DNA from: Candidatus Poriferihabitaceae bacterium
GTDB lineage: Bacteria > Pseudomonadota > Gammaproteobacteria > Arenicellales > Poriferihabitantaceae
Direction: 5' to 3'
DNA length: 64,000 bases
NCBI GenBank assembly: GCA_965223465.1
Contig: OZ245025.1
Span: 2,509,900-2,573,899, forward strand
Part shown: piece after piece, positions 39,709-51,100 of the stretch
How the letters are laid out: each line of letters starts with the position of its first letter
Numbering within the stretch: position 1 is the first letter of the stretch
The notes under the pieces: generated by a model
Seen by the model: the letters and a program-made list of their open reading frames with translations, nothing else
Database searches by the model: none
What the model was told of the DNA's origin: nothing
Made by a program: the position numbers and the translations under genes

Positions 39709-41019
39709 TTAGCCAAAAACATCAGCGGTGATATTTTTAAACCAGGAATGCGCGTATTGTACTTCGCGTTCACGGAATTCTGCGTTGAACTCAGCCGGGG
39801 TTAAACCACCTGAGCCCTCGACTTTACCGATCTTTCCATCTTTGTAGTTATACACCATTGCGACAGATATTCCGTCGCCTGGCGCGATTACGCTGTAGCA
39901 CGTATTTACGTAAGATGGCTGTGGTGCTTCATTGCCACCGAGCATCGCAACAATCGCTGCTGCACATACTTTTGCCTCGGAGTTAGCTGCATAACCAGAT
40001 TTTGGTAGTGGAGCTGCGATGGCTGCATCACCAATGACGTGGATGTTTTTGTGCATGGTTGATTCAAACGTCTTACCCTCAATTGGGCACCAGCCTTTCT
40101 CATTGGTCAGGCCTGCGGTAAATGCAATTTCTCCGGCCTTTTGTGCGGGAATGATATTCACCACATCACCTTTAAAGTCTTCGACTGCCGCTGAGAGTGT
40201 ATTGGTGGCAGCATCAAACGCTTCAACAGTTCCACCTTCAGCGCCACTGACCCACTCGATCATGCTGTTATCGGTTCCAAAGCCGTAATGACGCGTCCAG
40301 CCGTCCCTAAACAAGCCGAATTTTGAAAACTTATCCTTAGGGTCAAGAATCAAAACCTTTGATTTAGGTTTGTTGGCCTTTAGATAGCTGGCGATCTGAG
40401 AAGCACGCTCGTAAGGCCCAGGTGGGCAACGGAAAGGGTTAGGTGGAGGTGCAATAATGACTGTACCGCCATCATCCATCGCTTCGAGCTGGCTTCTTAA
40501 CAGGGCAGTTTGTGGCCCTGCCTTCCAGGCGTGGGGGACTTTTTCAGCGACCTCTTTGTCATAGCCCTCAATGGTCTCCCACTTGAAATCTACACCAGGC
40601 GAAACCACACATCGATCATAGTTAAAACTCTGCCCGCCTGCCGTCATGACCGCACGTTTGTCTGCATCAATACCGGTGACCATATCTTGTACTACGTTTA
40701 CGCCATGGCCTTTTAAACCATCGTAGGTAAAGCGAATGGAATCGATTGAACGTTCGCCGCTTAACACCTCGTTACTCATAAAACAGGTATGGTAATCTGC
40801 ATTAGGCTCGATCAATGTGACTTCGATAGACGAATCCATCATACGCAGATACTTGGCCGCAGTCGCGCCGCCGATACCACCTCCGACAACCACTACTTTT
40901 TTGGTCCCTTGCGCGATCGCGAAAGAACCCAGGCCCACGGAAGTGCTGGCAACAACTGCTGCACCGCTATATTGTAAGAATTTTCTTCGATTAATTGAAT
41001 TCATGGATGATCTCCTCAC
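39709..41019 (-). CDS. fccB: Flavocytochrome c sulfide dehydrogenase, flavoprotein subunit
   Basis: 436 aa. Tat signal NRRKFLQ and FAD fold [17 protein letters not shown]...[17 protein letters not shown], closely matching Allochromatium FccB as recalled. Confidence 0.9.
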   Translation of the reverse strand: MRRSSMNSINRRKFLQYSGAAVVASTSVGLGSFAIAQGTKKVVVVGGGIGGATAAKYLRMMDSSIEVTLIEPNADYHTCFMSNEVLSGERSIDSIRFTYDGLKGHGVNVVQDMVTGIDADKRAVMTAGGQSFNYDRCVVSPGVDFKWETIEGYDKEVAEKVPHAWKAGPQTALLRSQLEAMDDGGTVIIAPPPNPFRCPPGPYERASQIASYLKANKPKSKVLILDPKDKFSKFGLFRDGWTRHYGFGTDNSMIEWVSGAEGGTVEAFDAATNTLSAAVEDFKGDVVNIIPAQKAGEIAFTAGLTNEKGWCPIEGKTFESTMHKNIHVIGDAAIAAPLPKSGYAANSEAKVCAAAIVAMLGGNEAPQPSYVNTCYSVIAPGDGISVAMVYNYKDGKIGKVEGSGGLTPAEFNAEFREREVQYAHSWFKNITADVFG

Positions 41020-41606
41020 TATTCTGCTGCGTAAAAATTCAAGATTTGTGGGAAGGCTTCGTCACCCTTCTTCTCAATCATTTTGTTCATTTGCTTTTTC
41101 ATTTTTTTGGTCATTTCGCGCGAGCCGCTATGATAGTCCGCCAAAGTCCAGTTTACGTAAGGTGTCCATTGTCCCTTTAGAATGCCTGCATCATCTTCAG
41201 CTGAGGTGCCGCCTTCGGCATGGCATTTCTCGCAGTATTTATCATGCAGTTTCGCGCCCTTTGCGGCGAGCTCAGGATCGCTATCCTGTTTGGCGGCGAC
41301 AAATGGTTGGGATGAAAAATAGCCTGCCAATAAAGCGATTTCTTCATCTGAATAACCCTTGGCAATGCGCCCCATAATGGTTGAAGGGATTTCGTCAGAG
41401 CGATACCCCTGCATGTTTTCAATAAAAAACTCTTCAGAAATACCCGCGATTGTTGGGGTTGCTGGGCCGCCACTAACACCGTTGGTGCCGTGACACCCAA
41501 CACATGTATAGGCGAGCATTTCCGCGCTGGGCAGCTCTGCTTGCGCAGAAAATGCCAGCAGCCCGACGCCGAGCATTGCGGTTTTAAGAAATGGTTGTTT
41601 GATCAT
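41019..41606 (-). CDS. fccA: Flavocytochrome c sulfide dehydrogenase, dihaem cytochrome subunit
   Basis: 195 aa with a signal peptide and two CxxCH motifs (CVGCH, CEKCH). Its stop overlaps the fccB start. Confidence 0.85.
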   Translation of the reverse strand: MIKQPFLKTAMLGVGLLAFSAQAELPSAEMLAYTCVGCHGTNGVSGGPATPTIAGISEEFFIENMQGYRSDEIPSTIMGRIAKGYSDEEIALLAGYFSSQPFVAAKQDSDPELAAKGAKLHDKYCEKCHAEGGTSAEDDAGILKGQWTPYVNWTLADYHSGSREMTKKMKKQMNKMIEKKGDEAFPQILNFYAAE

Positions 41607-41917
41607 GGATATCCTCCAGTTAAGTTTTAATATAAACGTGTTCGTTTGCTAATTACTGAAAGCTACTACTTTATTCAATAAAGGGTCGCTAGGCTATGAT
41701 TGCCTTATTCTTTTCAATGTTGTTGCAGGGGATACTACAACATCTATTATGACATCACAAATAGCATTAATTTATATTAGAATGTTAGATGTTTATCACG
41801 CATTGGGCGCACCTCTCAACTGATTGACGCGCTTACCCATTATATGTTCAGTGTAAATACCAAACCAATTACGCGATAACAAATTTCGGAAATCTGTCTA
41901 TCTTATTAACGGGTAAA

Positions 41918-42571
41918 TTATTGTACTGTGTTTAGTCCTAGGACTTCCCAGTCCTGCATACCCCCTCGATACCACTTAATCTTATGGGCTGGATAGCCAA
42001 GACTCAGCAGTGTTTTGATGGCAACCGGGGATTGGCCGCACCACATGCCGTTACAGTATAAAACCAGCGTTTTGGCTTTGCCAAAATCAAACAGACCTTC
42101 AACTTCTTGTACGCTAAATTGTTCTAGCAAGATCTCGGAAATATCAATAATGTTGGCGCCGCCTTGTAGTGCAAGTTGGCTCCATGGAATGTTGATTGAA
42201 CCTGGAATATGTCCGCGTTTGTGCCATTGTGGCGTGCGTGAATCTTGCACCACGACAGGCTCTCCACGATGCATCGCCTGAAGATACTCAATCACTTCAA
42301 GTTCTCCTATGGTTTCCACGCCGGGTGCGATGGTGCTGGGTTGAATACAAAAAGGTGGGCAAGGCCGTGAAGTTAACGCGAAATCGTCGTTAATGGTGTT
42401 GCTGTTGTCCTGATTGCGGCTAATGCTTACTTTTTTACCGTCAACCATAAACTCGATGCGCATTTGATTGCCCGAGCCAATTCCGACCGGTTTGTCCTGA
42501 GCGTAGGCGGGGTGCCAGCCAAAGAATAAGGTGGAAAGGCTGAAAATGCATAATTTTGTAAAGCGCTTCAT
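41918..42571 (-). CDS. Secreted rhodanese-domain sulfurtransferase-like protein
   Basis: 217 aa with a signal peptide. The C-terminal rhodanese domain has an active-site loop YCNGMWCGQS. The N-terminal about 80 aa are unassigned. Confidence 0.8.
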   Translation of the reverse strand: MKRFTKLCIFSLSTLFFGWHPAYAQDKPVGIGSGNQMRIEFMVDGKKVSISRNQDNSNTINDDFALTSRPCPPFCIQPSTIAPGVETIGELEVIEYLQAMHRGEPVVVQDSRTPQWHKRGHIPGSINIPWSQLALQGGANIIDISEILLEQFSVQEVEGLFDFGKAKTLVLYCNGMWCGQSPVAIKTLLSLGYPAHKIKWYRGGMQDWEVLGLNTVQ

Positions 42572-42635
42572 TGGGTTTCCTGTTTATTCATATTATTAAG
42601 CCTGGGTAAGCAATACTGTGTGTTGCTGCGATCTG

Positions 42636-43280
42636 TTAGGTTCCGTAAAGCGAAAGTCCAATCGCGTGTTTGGAGGCATGAGATTCGCGCAATGAAAATT
42701 GTTCCGATAGTTCGTCAACAAACTGCTGGGTTTGCGGTGCGTGGAGATCACCGTTCAATAGCTCTAATTCGACTTCATACAGATTGCATTGGTGACCGTT
42801 GGCGCTGATTTTTCCTGCGTCAGTGACAAACTCAAGCATTGATTGTCCAACTTTCAGCATGCGTTTGCTGCGTAGCATATCGACATTGACGCGCGGTAAC
42901 AAAGGGGTGGGTTCAGGAAATAATGTCTGCATCGCATCAGCGATTTTTCCAGCCGGAATATCGGTGACACACTCGAAACTATGTTCAACCAACTGCTCCA
43001 TTTCTTCACAGCTAGAAACACCATTGATTATTTCATTATTGCGCTTTAGCGTGCTGACGTGTCGATCGCCTTCATCACGCGTACGTAACGACCAACGTAA
43101 CTCGCGTAAGTGCCAATCCGGTGTATCATAATATATGGCACTGAACATTTGTGAGTGGCTGGTACTGTCTTCGTCATGCATGGCATTAGCGATCAAGTCA
43201 CTTTCCCATAAGCGATCTAGCGTTGCCTGATCTGGGGCGGTCAGTTTTATTTCCTGTTCGATCTGGTGTTTCGGTTGCAT
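42636..43280 (-). CDS. CYTH-domain (triphosphate tunnel metalloenzyme) protein
   Basis: ExExK signature IEQEIKL near the N-terminus, at a length typical of CYTH. I start it at ATG 43280 (MQPKHQ...). The ORF is open to 43337, but that start would overlap the leuS start. Confidence 0.75.
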   Translation of the reverse strand: MQPKHQIEQEIKLTAPDQATLDRLWESDLIANAMHDEDSTSHSQMFSAIYYDTPDWHLRELRWSLRTRDEGDRHVSTLKRNNEIINGVSSCEEMEQLVEHSFECVTDIPAGKIADAMQTLFPEPTPLLPRVNVDMLRSKRMLKVGQSMLEFVTDAGKISANGHQCNLYEVELELLNGDLHAPQTQQFVDELSEQFSLRESHASKHAIGLSLYGT

Positions 43281-43335
43281 TGAGGTAGAATCTCGCCCTT
43301 TATTTGAAGCAAAAAGCGAATTTACGCGAAATACC

Positions 43336-45807
43336 ATGCCAATGGAATACGATTTTGCCCAAATTGAAGCTGATGTACAGGCTTATTGGGAACAAACCGA
43401 ATGTTTTAAAGTTACAGAGAACAGTGATAAACCAAAATATTACTGTTTGTCGATGTTGCCATATCCCTCGGGTCAGCTGCACATGGGGCATGTGCGAAAT
43501 TACACCATTGGTGATGTTATCAGTCGTTATCAGCGCATGCTCGGTAAAAATGTCTTGCAACCTATGGGATGGGATGCGTTTGGTCTACCTGCTGAGAATG
43601 CCGCAATAAAAAACCAGATGCCCCCTGCGAAATGGACTTACGAAAACATCGCGTATATGAAAAAACAGTTAAAACGGCTGGGGTTCGCCTATGACTGGAG
43701 CCGCGAACTCGCGACTTGTACACCGGAATACTATAAATGGGAACAATGGTTTTTCACCAAATTAGTGGATAAGGGGTTGGCCTATAAAAAAATGGCCGAA
43801 GTGAACTGGGACCCGGTTGAACAAACCGTACTCGCAAACGAGCAGGTCGTTGATGGTAAGGGTTGGCGCTCAGGTGCCACCGTAGAACGTAAGAAAATCC
43901 CGCAATGGTTTATCGCGATATCCAAATACGCGCAGGAACTGCTGGATGGCATTGACAAGCTTGCGGGTTGGCCAGACGCGGTACGCACCATGCAGCGTAA
44001 TTGGATTGGTCGCTCAGAAGGTTTGGAATTTAGCTTCGAAGTGCCTGAGCATGAGCCGGTTGCGGTATATACCACCCGCCCAGATACCATTATGGGCGTG
44101 ACTTTCGTTTCCGTTGCTGCCGAACACCCACTGGCACTAAGCGTGGCCAAGAATAACCCAACGGTAGCCAATTTCATCGATGATTGTCGGCGCATGAAAA
44201 CTTCTGAGGCCGATATGGAAACCATGGAGAAAAAAGGGGTGCCGCTGGGTATCCAGGCTATCCATCCGATATCCGGCGAACGGGTTGAAATTTGGGTGGC
44301 CAATTTTGTGTTGATGGGATACGGTACTGGTGCAGTCATGGCGGTACCGGCGCATGACGAGCGCGATTGGGAGTTCGCTAAAAAGCATCACATCGACATT
44401 CGGCCGGTTATTCAGCCCGCAGACGATTCAGTACACGATTTTGAGCAAGGCGCGTTTGTCCGTAAAGAAGATATTGTGGTGGTCAATTCAGGGCAGTTTG
44501 ATGGCCTGGATTTTAGCCAGGCGTTTGAGGCTATTGTCGATTTTATGGAAAAGGCAGATAAGGGCAGGCGCACCATCAACTACCGAATACGTGACTGGGG
44601 TGTGTCGCGACAGCGTTACTGGGGTTGCCCAATTCCGATCATTTATGACGAACAAGATGGACTGCACGTAGTGCCAGTCGAGGATTTGCCGGTGACCCTG
44701 CCCGAAAATGTCGAATTTTCCGGCGTAAATTCACCAATTAAGTCTGACCCGGATTTTATTAATACTACGGTTCCGGGTAGTGGTGAGCCTGGAAAACGTG
44801 AAACCGATACTTTTGATACGTTTTTTGAATCTTCCTGGTATTTTGCGCGCTACACCTGCCCAGACAGCGACGAGGCAATGCTGGATGAACGCGTGAATTA
44901 CTGGATGCCGGTAGATCAGTATGTTGGTGGTATTGAGCACGCTGTTTTGCACCTGCTGTATGCGCGTTTTTTCCATAAGCTGATGCGCGATGAGGGCCTG
45001 GTAGACAGTGATGAGCCGTTCACGAACTTGCTTACCCAGGGCATGGTATTGAAAGACGGGAGCAAGATGTCCAAATCCAAGGGCAATACGGTTGATCCAC
45101 AATCGATGATCGACCAATACGGTACCGATACAGTACGCTTGTTCATGATGTTTGCCTCACCCCCTGAGCAATCCTTAGAATGGAATGATGATGCTGTCGC
45201 AGGTGCACATCGATTTTTGCGGCGCTGGTGGTCTATGGTCAATCGCTACATAGAAAATCTGCAAGCCAATCTAGTGAAGCTGAACGATAAAGGGTGGTCG
45301 GTGGTTTCAGACAGCTCAGCAAAGGCATTGCGTAATACGCTACATACTTTGCTGAAAAAAGTTGATCATGATTACCAGCGCCATCAGTTTAACACGGTGA
45401 TTGCAGCGTCAATGGAGTTACTGAATGCCTTGGAAAAAATTGAGCCAGGTGACAACCCAGAGCTGGCGCAAGCTTATTGTGAAGCGAATATAGCGATGCT
45501 CAAAATTCTGGCGCCGATCAGCCCTCATATTGCGCATGTAATATGGGAAAAGATTGGGGGTGCTGGCAATATTATTGATGCCCCGTGGATACAGGTAGAT
45601 AAATCTGCATTGCTTACCGAAACGATTTCATTGGTGGTTCAAGTCAACGGCAAAAAGCGCGATCAAATTAAGGTAGCGCGCGATGCGAGTAAGGATAAAA
45701 TTGAACAAGCTGCGTTAGCCGCTGAAGGTGTGAAAAGGCATCTGCAAGATCAGCCTGCCAAGAAAATAATAGTGGTGCCGGGGCGATTAGTCAATATCGT
45801 GGCCTGA
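43336..45807 (+). CDS. leuS: Leucine--tRNA ligase
   Basis: 823 aa. HIGH-type motif ([15 protein letters not shown]) and KMSKS motif. Confidence 0.97.
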   Translation: MPMEYDFAQIEADVQAYWEQTECFKVTENSDKPKYYCLSMLPYPSGQLHMGHVRNYTIGDVISRYQRMLGKNVLQPMGWDAFGLPAENAAIKNQMPPAKWTYENIAYMKKQLKRLGFAYDWSRELATCTPEYYKWEQWFFTKLVDKGLAYKKMAEVNWDPVEQTVLANEQVVDGKGWRSGATVERKKIPQWFIAISKYAQELLDGIDKLAGWPDAVRTMQRNWIGRSEGLEFSFEVPEHEPVAVYTTRPDTIMGVTFVSVAAEHPLALSVAKNNPTVANFIDDCRRMKTSEADMETMEKKGVPLGIQAIHPISGERVEIWVANFVLMGYGTGAVMAVPAHDERDWEFAKKHHIDIRPVIQPADDSVHDFEQGAFVRKEDIVVVNSGQFDGLDFSQAFEAIVDFMEKADKGRRTINYRIRDWGVSRQRYWGCPIPIIYDEQDGLHVVPVEDLPVTLPENVEFSGVNSPIKSDPDFINTTVPGSGEPGKRETDTFDTFFESSWYFARYTCPDSDEAMLDERVNYWMPVDQYVGGIEHAVLHLLYARFFHKLMRDEGLVDSDEPFTNLLTQGMVLKDGSKMSKSKGNTVDPQSMIDQYGTDTVRLFMMFASPPEQSLEWNDDAVAGAHRFLRRWWSMVNRYIENLQANLVKLNDKGWSVVSDSSAKALRNTLHTLLKKVDHDYQRHQFNTVIAASMELLNALEKIEPGDNPELAQAYCEANIAMLKILAPISPHIAHVIWEKIGGAGNIIDAPWIQVDKSALLTETISLVVQVNGKKRDQIKVARDASKDKIEQAALAAEGVKRHLQDQPAKKIIVVPGRLVNIVA

Positions 45808-45865
45808 CAATTACCCGCAACTCTCGCTATAATCAATCTCTAGTCGCCTATTTATCCAAAATATC

Positions 45866-46357
45866 ATGCAGCAAAAATTTATTCGCTTACTCGGTTTATT
45901 CGTTCTTAGTACTAGTTTACTGGTGTCCGCTTGCGGCTTTCATTTGCGCGGTAAAATTGATGTACCAGCAAATTTGCAACGCATTCATATATTGGGTGAT
46001 GATGCGATGTTAAAGGAGCGAGTGGGTGATGGTCTGGCGTTTAGTGATATAGAAATTACTGACACGGCAGAAAGTGTTGCCATCCTGGATATGCGCGATG
46101 TGCGTTATACCAAAGAAGTAAATGGTACCGACAGTAACGGTGTTGCCAATAGCTATAAACTCAGCTATGTGGTGAATTTTGAGGTGCTAGATCCAGAGGC
46201 AAATTCATTGCAAAAAAATAGTGTTACCCAAACGCGCACCTTGGCGTATGATCCGTCCAATGTATTGCTGTTTGAGCGCGAAGAATCTTTCTTAATAGAA
46301 GATATGCAAAAAGAGCTGGTTAGCCAGATACTCAGACGTATTAGCAAAATTAAGTAA
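45866..46357 (+). CDS. lptE: LPS-assembly lipoprotein LptE
   Basis: 163 aa. Lipobox LLVSAC|GFHLRG matches E. coli LptE (…GFHLRG). It occupies the conserved leuS-lptE-holA position. Confidence 0.88.
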   Translation: MQQKFIRLLGLFVLSTSLLVSACGFHLRGKIDVPANLQRIHILGDDAMLKERVGDGLAFSDIEITDTAESVAILDMRDVRYTKEVNGTDSNGVANSYKLSYVVNFEVLDPEANSLQKNSVTQTRTLAYDPSNVLLFEREESFLIEDMQKELVSQILRRISKIK

Positions 46358-46408
46358 TTAGTGTTAAATGCGTTGGTTGTCATCGATACCATGCATTAAC
46401 GACTTAAT

Positions 46409-47431
46409 TTGAAGCAATCCCCATATCAACTGGCACAACAGGAATCCCTCCGGTCAATTTATCATTTATATGGCCTTGAGCCACTGATTGTCGAAGAGGC
46501 GCTGAATGATTTACGCGAGGCATGCCGCAGTCATGCCTATCTGGAGCGCGAAAAACTCACGGTTGAGCCTGGGTTTGATTGGGATACATTGTTATCCAGC
46601 GGTCAGTCCATGTCGTTATTTGCGCAAAAACGCATCATTGAGTTGCGCATGCCCACGGGCCGCCCAGGCGACAAGGGCGCGAAAAACCTGGTCGAATATG
46701 CGCAATCACCACCACCTGATACCGTTCTGATCATTATCAGTGGTGAAATTAATAAGCGTGCGCAAAATAGCAAATGGTTCAAGGCGATTGATAGCGCTGG
46801 TGTGAGTATCGAAGCAGCCAAAATATATCCGAATCAAATGCCTGGATGGATCGAGCAGCGTATGCTCCAATTAGGTATTCAAGCCGAAGCTGGCGTGGCT
46901 AAAGTGATTGCCCACTATGTAGAGGGTAATTTATTGGCAGCTGCGCAACAGATTAATTTCCTCAGTTTGCATTGCAAAAAAAAGGTGTTGAGCGTGGTGC
47001 AAACTCAGAAACTAGTTTCTGATCAGGCTCGATTTACCAGTTTTGCCTTTGTGGATGCTTGTTTGGCTGGGCAGACCGCGCGCGCGGTGCGTATTTTGGC
47101 AAGTCTTCGAGGTGAAAAAATAGAACCCATCTTGATCGTTGCCGCGCTTTCACGCGAAACCGCTAAGTTGCTTTGCTTATCTCAAGGCAAATCGCTAGGG
47201 CAATCAATCCAGCCGTTATTTAAGCGCTTGGGAATATGGTCCAGTCGTGAGCGATTGGTACAAAGTGCGCTTGCCCGCGTCAGTCATATTGGTTGGTTAC
47301 GTATACATAGTAAAATAGCGGATATTGACGCGATGGTGAAGGGTCAAAGGCCATTAAAAAATAAAGATATTTGGGAGGAAATTGAACGTTTAGGTTTGGC
47401 GGTTTGTGGCCATGCCACAATGCTGAGATAG
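46409..47431 (+). CDS. holA: DNA polymerase III delta subunit
   Basis: 340 aa with TTG start. Assigned from its position after lptE, its length and its helical C-terminal domains. Confidence 0.85.
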   Translation: MKQSPYQLAQQESLRSIYHLYGLEPLIVEEALNDLREACRSHAYLEREKLTVEPGFDWDTLLSSGQSMSLFAQKRIIELRMPTGRPGDKGAKNLVEYAQSPPPDTVLIIISGEINKRAQNSKWFKAIDSAGVSIEAAKIYPNQMPGWIEQRMLQLGIQAEAGVAKVIAHYVEGNLLAAAQQINFLSLHCKKKVLSVVQTQKLVSDQARFTSFAFVDACLAGQTARAVRILASLRGEKIEPILIVAALSRETAKLLCLSQGKSLGQSIQPLFKRLGIWSSRERLVQSALARVSHIGWLRIHSKIADIDAMVKGQRPLKNKDIWEEIERLGLAVCGHATMLR

Positions 47432-47458
47432 GCCACAAATAGGATACGGTGGGGTAAC

Positions 47459-47884
47459 GTGGGAGACAGGCAAAACCTAATGAAGCGTCGGGCTTCGATC
47501 AAACAATTAGCGATGCCTTCGTTGTATTTATCGGCATGGTGTGTGCCGACTGTGAAATCCGCGATGCTCCCGGTACATGCACAAACTAGTGGCTGTATGC
47601 GAGATGATATTTTAGGCCGTTGGCAATTGGAGTTATTTGGTTTGGCTGCTTCGAGCAGAGAAATTACGTTTGCCGCTGATGGAACAGTAATGCACGCTTA
47701 CTTAAATCGTTGGCAATTTGCTAATGACGAGCTGCAAATCACGCAGGGCTTAACCTGGGCGCTAACTGGTTCGTTCGTGTCTTGCGATTCTTTGTCGGGT
47801 ACCTACGTCAATATTTTTACCAACCCGATACTGGGCAATCTTATCGTCCGTCGGGGAGATTGGCAGGCATTCAAAATCGACTAA
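47459..47884 (+). CDS. Hypothetical, probably secreted, small protein
   Basis: 141-aa ORF with a basic and then hydrophobic N-terminus (MKRRASIKQLAMPSLYLSAW...VHAQ). No family recognised and the start is ambiguous. Confidence 0.5.
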   Translation: MGDRQNLMKRRASIKQLAMPSLYLSAWCVPTVKSAMLPVHAQTSGCMRDDILGRWQLELFGLAASSREITFAADGTVMHAYLNRWQFANDELQITQGLTWALTGSFVSCDSLSGTYVNIFTNPILGNLIVRRGDWQAFKID

Positions 47885-48177
47885 ACTCGTTTACTCTGTA
47901 GTATACCGATGTATTTTTACGCCAATGTGTCATGGTACATTCGTAATAACAGGAAAAATAGTGGGCCAGACGATATCAACTACCGCAGGTGCAGCATTGT
48001 TTGGTAAGATTGGGTCTAAGGGTTGACTCAAGCAGAGCAGTTGGGTTGCTAACCAATAATTAATTTTATTTCGTGCCTTCCTGAAATCATAGAGAGCTTG
48101 CCGCATTATATTGTGACAGCTCATAAAGATGGTGGTCGGCACGAATACTCGGTTTGTGAGCAGGTGGTGATGTAACA

Positions 48178-51100
48178 GTGGAATGCCTAAAATGTGGCTT
48201 TGCAAATCCTGAGCAGGCGCGTTTCTGTGCCGGTTGTGGGGTAGGTATTACAGCAATTCAGTGCTCGCATTGCCATGCGGACAATGATCCAGGTAGCCGT
48301 TTCTGTGGGTCCTGTGGGCTATCTTTAGCGAAAGCATTTGGGGAAAATAATAACGCAAAAAAGAACATCGAACGACGTATGTTGACGGTGTTGTTTTGTG
48401 ACTTGGTTGACTCTACTGCACTGGTCGCTAGCCAGGACCCGGAATACAGCCGCAGTTTCATCCGTGAATATCAAAATGTCGCCAAAGAGGTCATCGAAAA
48501 TTTTGGTGGTCGAATTACCGAATATTTGGGTGATGGTATCGTTGCCCAATTTACCCGTCATGAAACCAATGCTGAGCGCGCCATTAACGCCGCCTTACAA
48601 ATTATTAAGTTGCTCGATCAGAAAGAACTCCCGATTGGTGATACGCAACAAAAAGCAGTTGTGCGATGTGGCATTGCCACCGGTATGGCAGTGGTGGGGG
48701 ATATGCTTGGGGATGAAGAAATTCGATCTAGCTCAGCGATTGGCTTGCCTTTAAACCTTGCAGCGCGAATTCAAAGTCTCGCGGAGGAGGATCAGGTGGT
48801 CATTGGTAAAACCACGTACCAGCTCGCGCGTGGTTTGTTTAAGTTCGAAAGTCTAGGTCATCACAATTTGAAAGGAATAAGAGAAAAGCAACCCGTTTGG
48901 CGCGTGGTGGCTAAGCAATCAATCAGCTCGCGATTTGTTGCGCACGCCGCAGAAATGACGCCGATGGTTGACCGCGAGGAAGTGATGGATCATCTATTGA
49001 GCCACTGGGATCAATGTAAGACGGGTGAGGCCGAGGCGATTGTCTTTTGGGGAGAGGCAGGTATTGGCAAATCCAGAATTGTTCAGGAATTTATCAAAAA
49101 AGTGGCGGCTGATTGTGCGTTTGTGGAGTACCAATGCTCACCGTATCACACCCACACCGCGCTCTACCCTTTGATCAGCGGCGTAGAGGCAGCTGCACGA
49201 TTCAAACATGGTGATTCAAACGAGGTTCGTTTAAGAAAATTAGAAAGGCTGGTGCGCTGGTCATCGGATAATTTCGAACACGATATGCCAGCCCTAGTAA
49301 ATTTACTATCCCTCTCAGCGGAAGATAAATGGCCAACACCTAATTTGAGCCCGGATGAAATAAAAGATTGGATATTTAAAGCAGCGATCAATAATCTAAT
49401 TTCGCTCTCGGCGAGAAAACCTTTATTAATCCAGTTGGAAGATGTGCAATGGATTGACCCAACCACAATGGAGCTAATCAAATGCTTGGTCAAGGAATTG
49501 GTCGGCCATCCGGTGTTGTTGTTGATCACTTCGAGGCCCGGATATGAAAATGATTTTAGCCAGTATCCACACGTTTCTACACTTAAGGTCGAACGACTAC
49601 CAAAATCTTATATGAAGCAGCTGGTGAACCAGATTAAAGGAGATAGTAAGTTGCTGGACCCGGTCATAGACGAAATGGTAGAGCGCACCGATGGTATCCC
49701 GTTATTTATGGAGGAGCTAAGCAAAAGCCTGCTTGAAACATCTGCGAGCGATCACCTTGAATCAAGTCAACTCGCGTTCAAAGACATACCCGCTACGCTA
49801 CATGATTCCCTACTATCCAGGTTGGACCATTTGCCAGAGGATACACGCTCAATTGCCCTATTGGCTTCGGTCATTGGGAGAGATTTTAGCTACGACCTTC
49901 TTGAGAGAATAGCGGATGTAGGCGATCAAAACCTGTACGAACTGTTGAGCCCATTGTTAGAAGCGCAGCTGGTTATGCAGCGCAACGCGCCGCCCAATGC
50001 GGAGTTTTCGTTCAAACACGCATTGGTTAGAGATGTGGCCTACGAAACTTTGTTGCAAAGTGATCGAGTGAATATACATCGTAAGATTGCCCAAAGTCTT
50101 GAACAAGATTACCCTGAGAATTTGCGTAGGAGCCCAGAACTGGTTGCGCGTCATTTTACTGAGGCCAAGTGCGATGATAAGGCGATTGAGTATTGGTTAG
50201 CGGCGGGTAAAAAGGCCGGCCAGAAATTCGCGCTGGTTGAGGCGAGAGAACATTTGACACTGGGTCTGAACTTGATAGACGGGCAGCCTGATACCGACGA
50301 AAATAAAATCGTTAAGCTGGAATATTTAGTTACATTGGGGCCGGTACTTATCGCATTAGATGGACCAGGTGCAGAGGCCACCCGAAACAATTATGCACAG
50401 GCGGTGGCATTATGCAAACAGCTGCCCGAATCAGAAAATCATTTTGTCGCTTTTTGGGGGCAATGGCATATTCACATGGATTATGATAGTGGTCAGGAAT
50501 CTGTGTGGGCCGAACGGCTGCAGCAATTAGCAGAGCGGTTGAATAAAGATGATCTTAAGTTACAGGCACACCATTGCCATTGGGCAACGTGTTTTCATCA
50601 AGCAGACTATGATAAAGCCTATGATCATCTCAATAAAGGTATTGCACTATATGATATTGATTTATATCGGCATCACTCGAGTATGTATGGCGGTCATGAC
50701 CCTAAAGTATGCGCGTTGGTGTTTCTATCGTGGGTAGAGTGGATACGTGGAAATTACCATCAGGCCGAAGCAGCACTCGAACAATGTGTTGCGCTAGGTG
50801 AAGAGCTGGATCACACAGGTACACGCATTCACGTCATTGAGATGAGCTTGTTACTGACACATTATCAACACGATACACAAAGAGCACGAAAACTCACCGA
50901 AGAATTAGCTCAACTATGTAAACATATAGACCTGCCTGAGTATGAGGGCAAACTCATGTGCTGCCGGGGGATTGTATTTACCTTACAAGGAAAGCTGGCA
51001 GAAGGCATTTCACTCTTGAAAAAAGGTTTGAAAGAAATCCATTCGGTTGGGACTCCTGAGGATGTGCCAGTATATACTGAGTATTTAGCCTATGCGTTGG

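Noticed and set aside
41717-41743. 7-bp inverted repeat atgttgt-N13-acaacat upstream of fccA as a possible operator
   Set aside because: The arms are short and AT-rich in a 310-bp AT-rich spacer, which is within chance expectation. I noted it but it is not strong enough to call.
47930-48205. 91-aa minus-strand ORF in the gap before the cyclase gene
   Set aside because: It has no RBS, overlaps the cyclase start and has no recognisable features. It is probably spurious.
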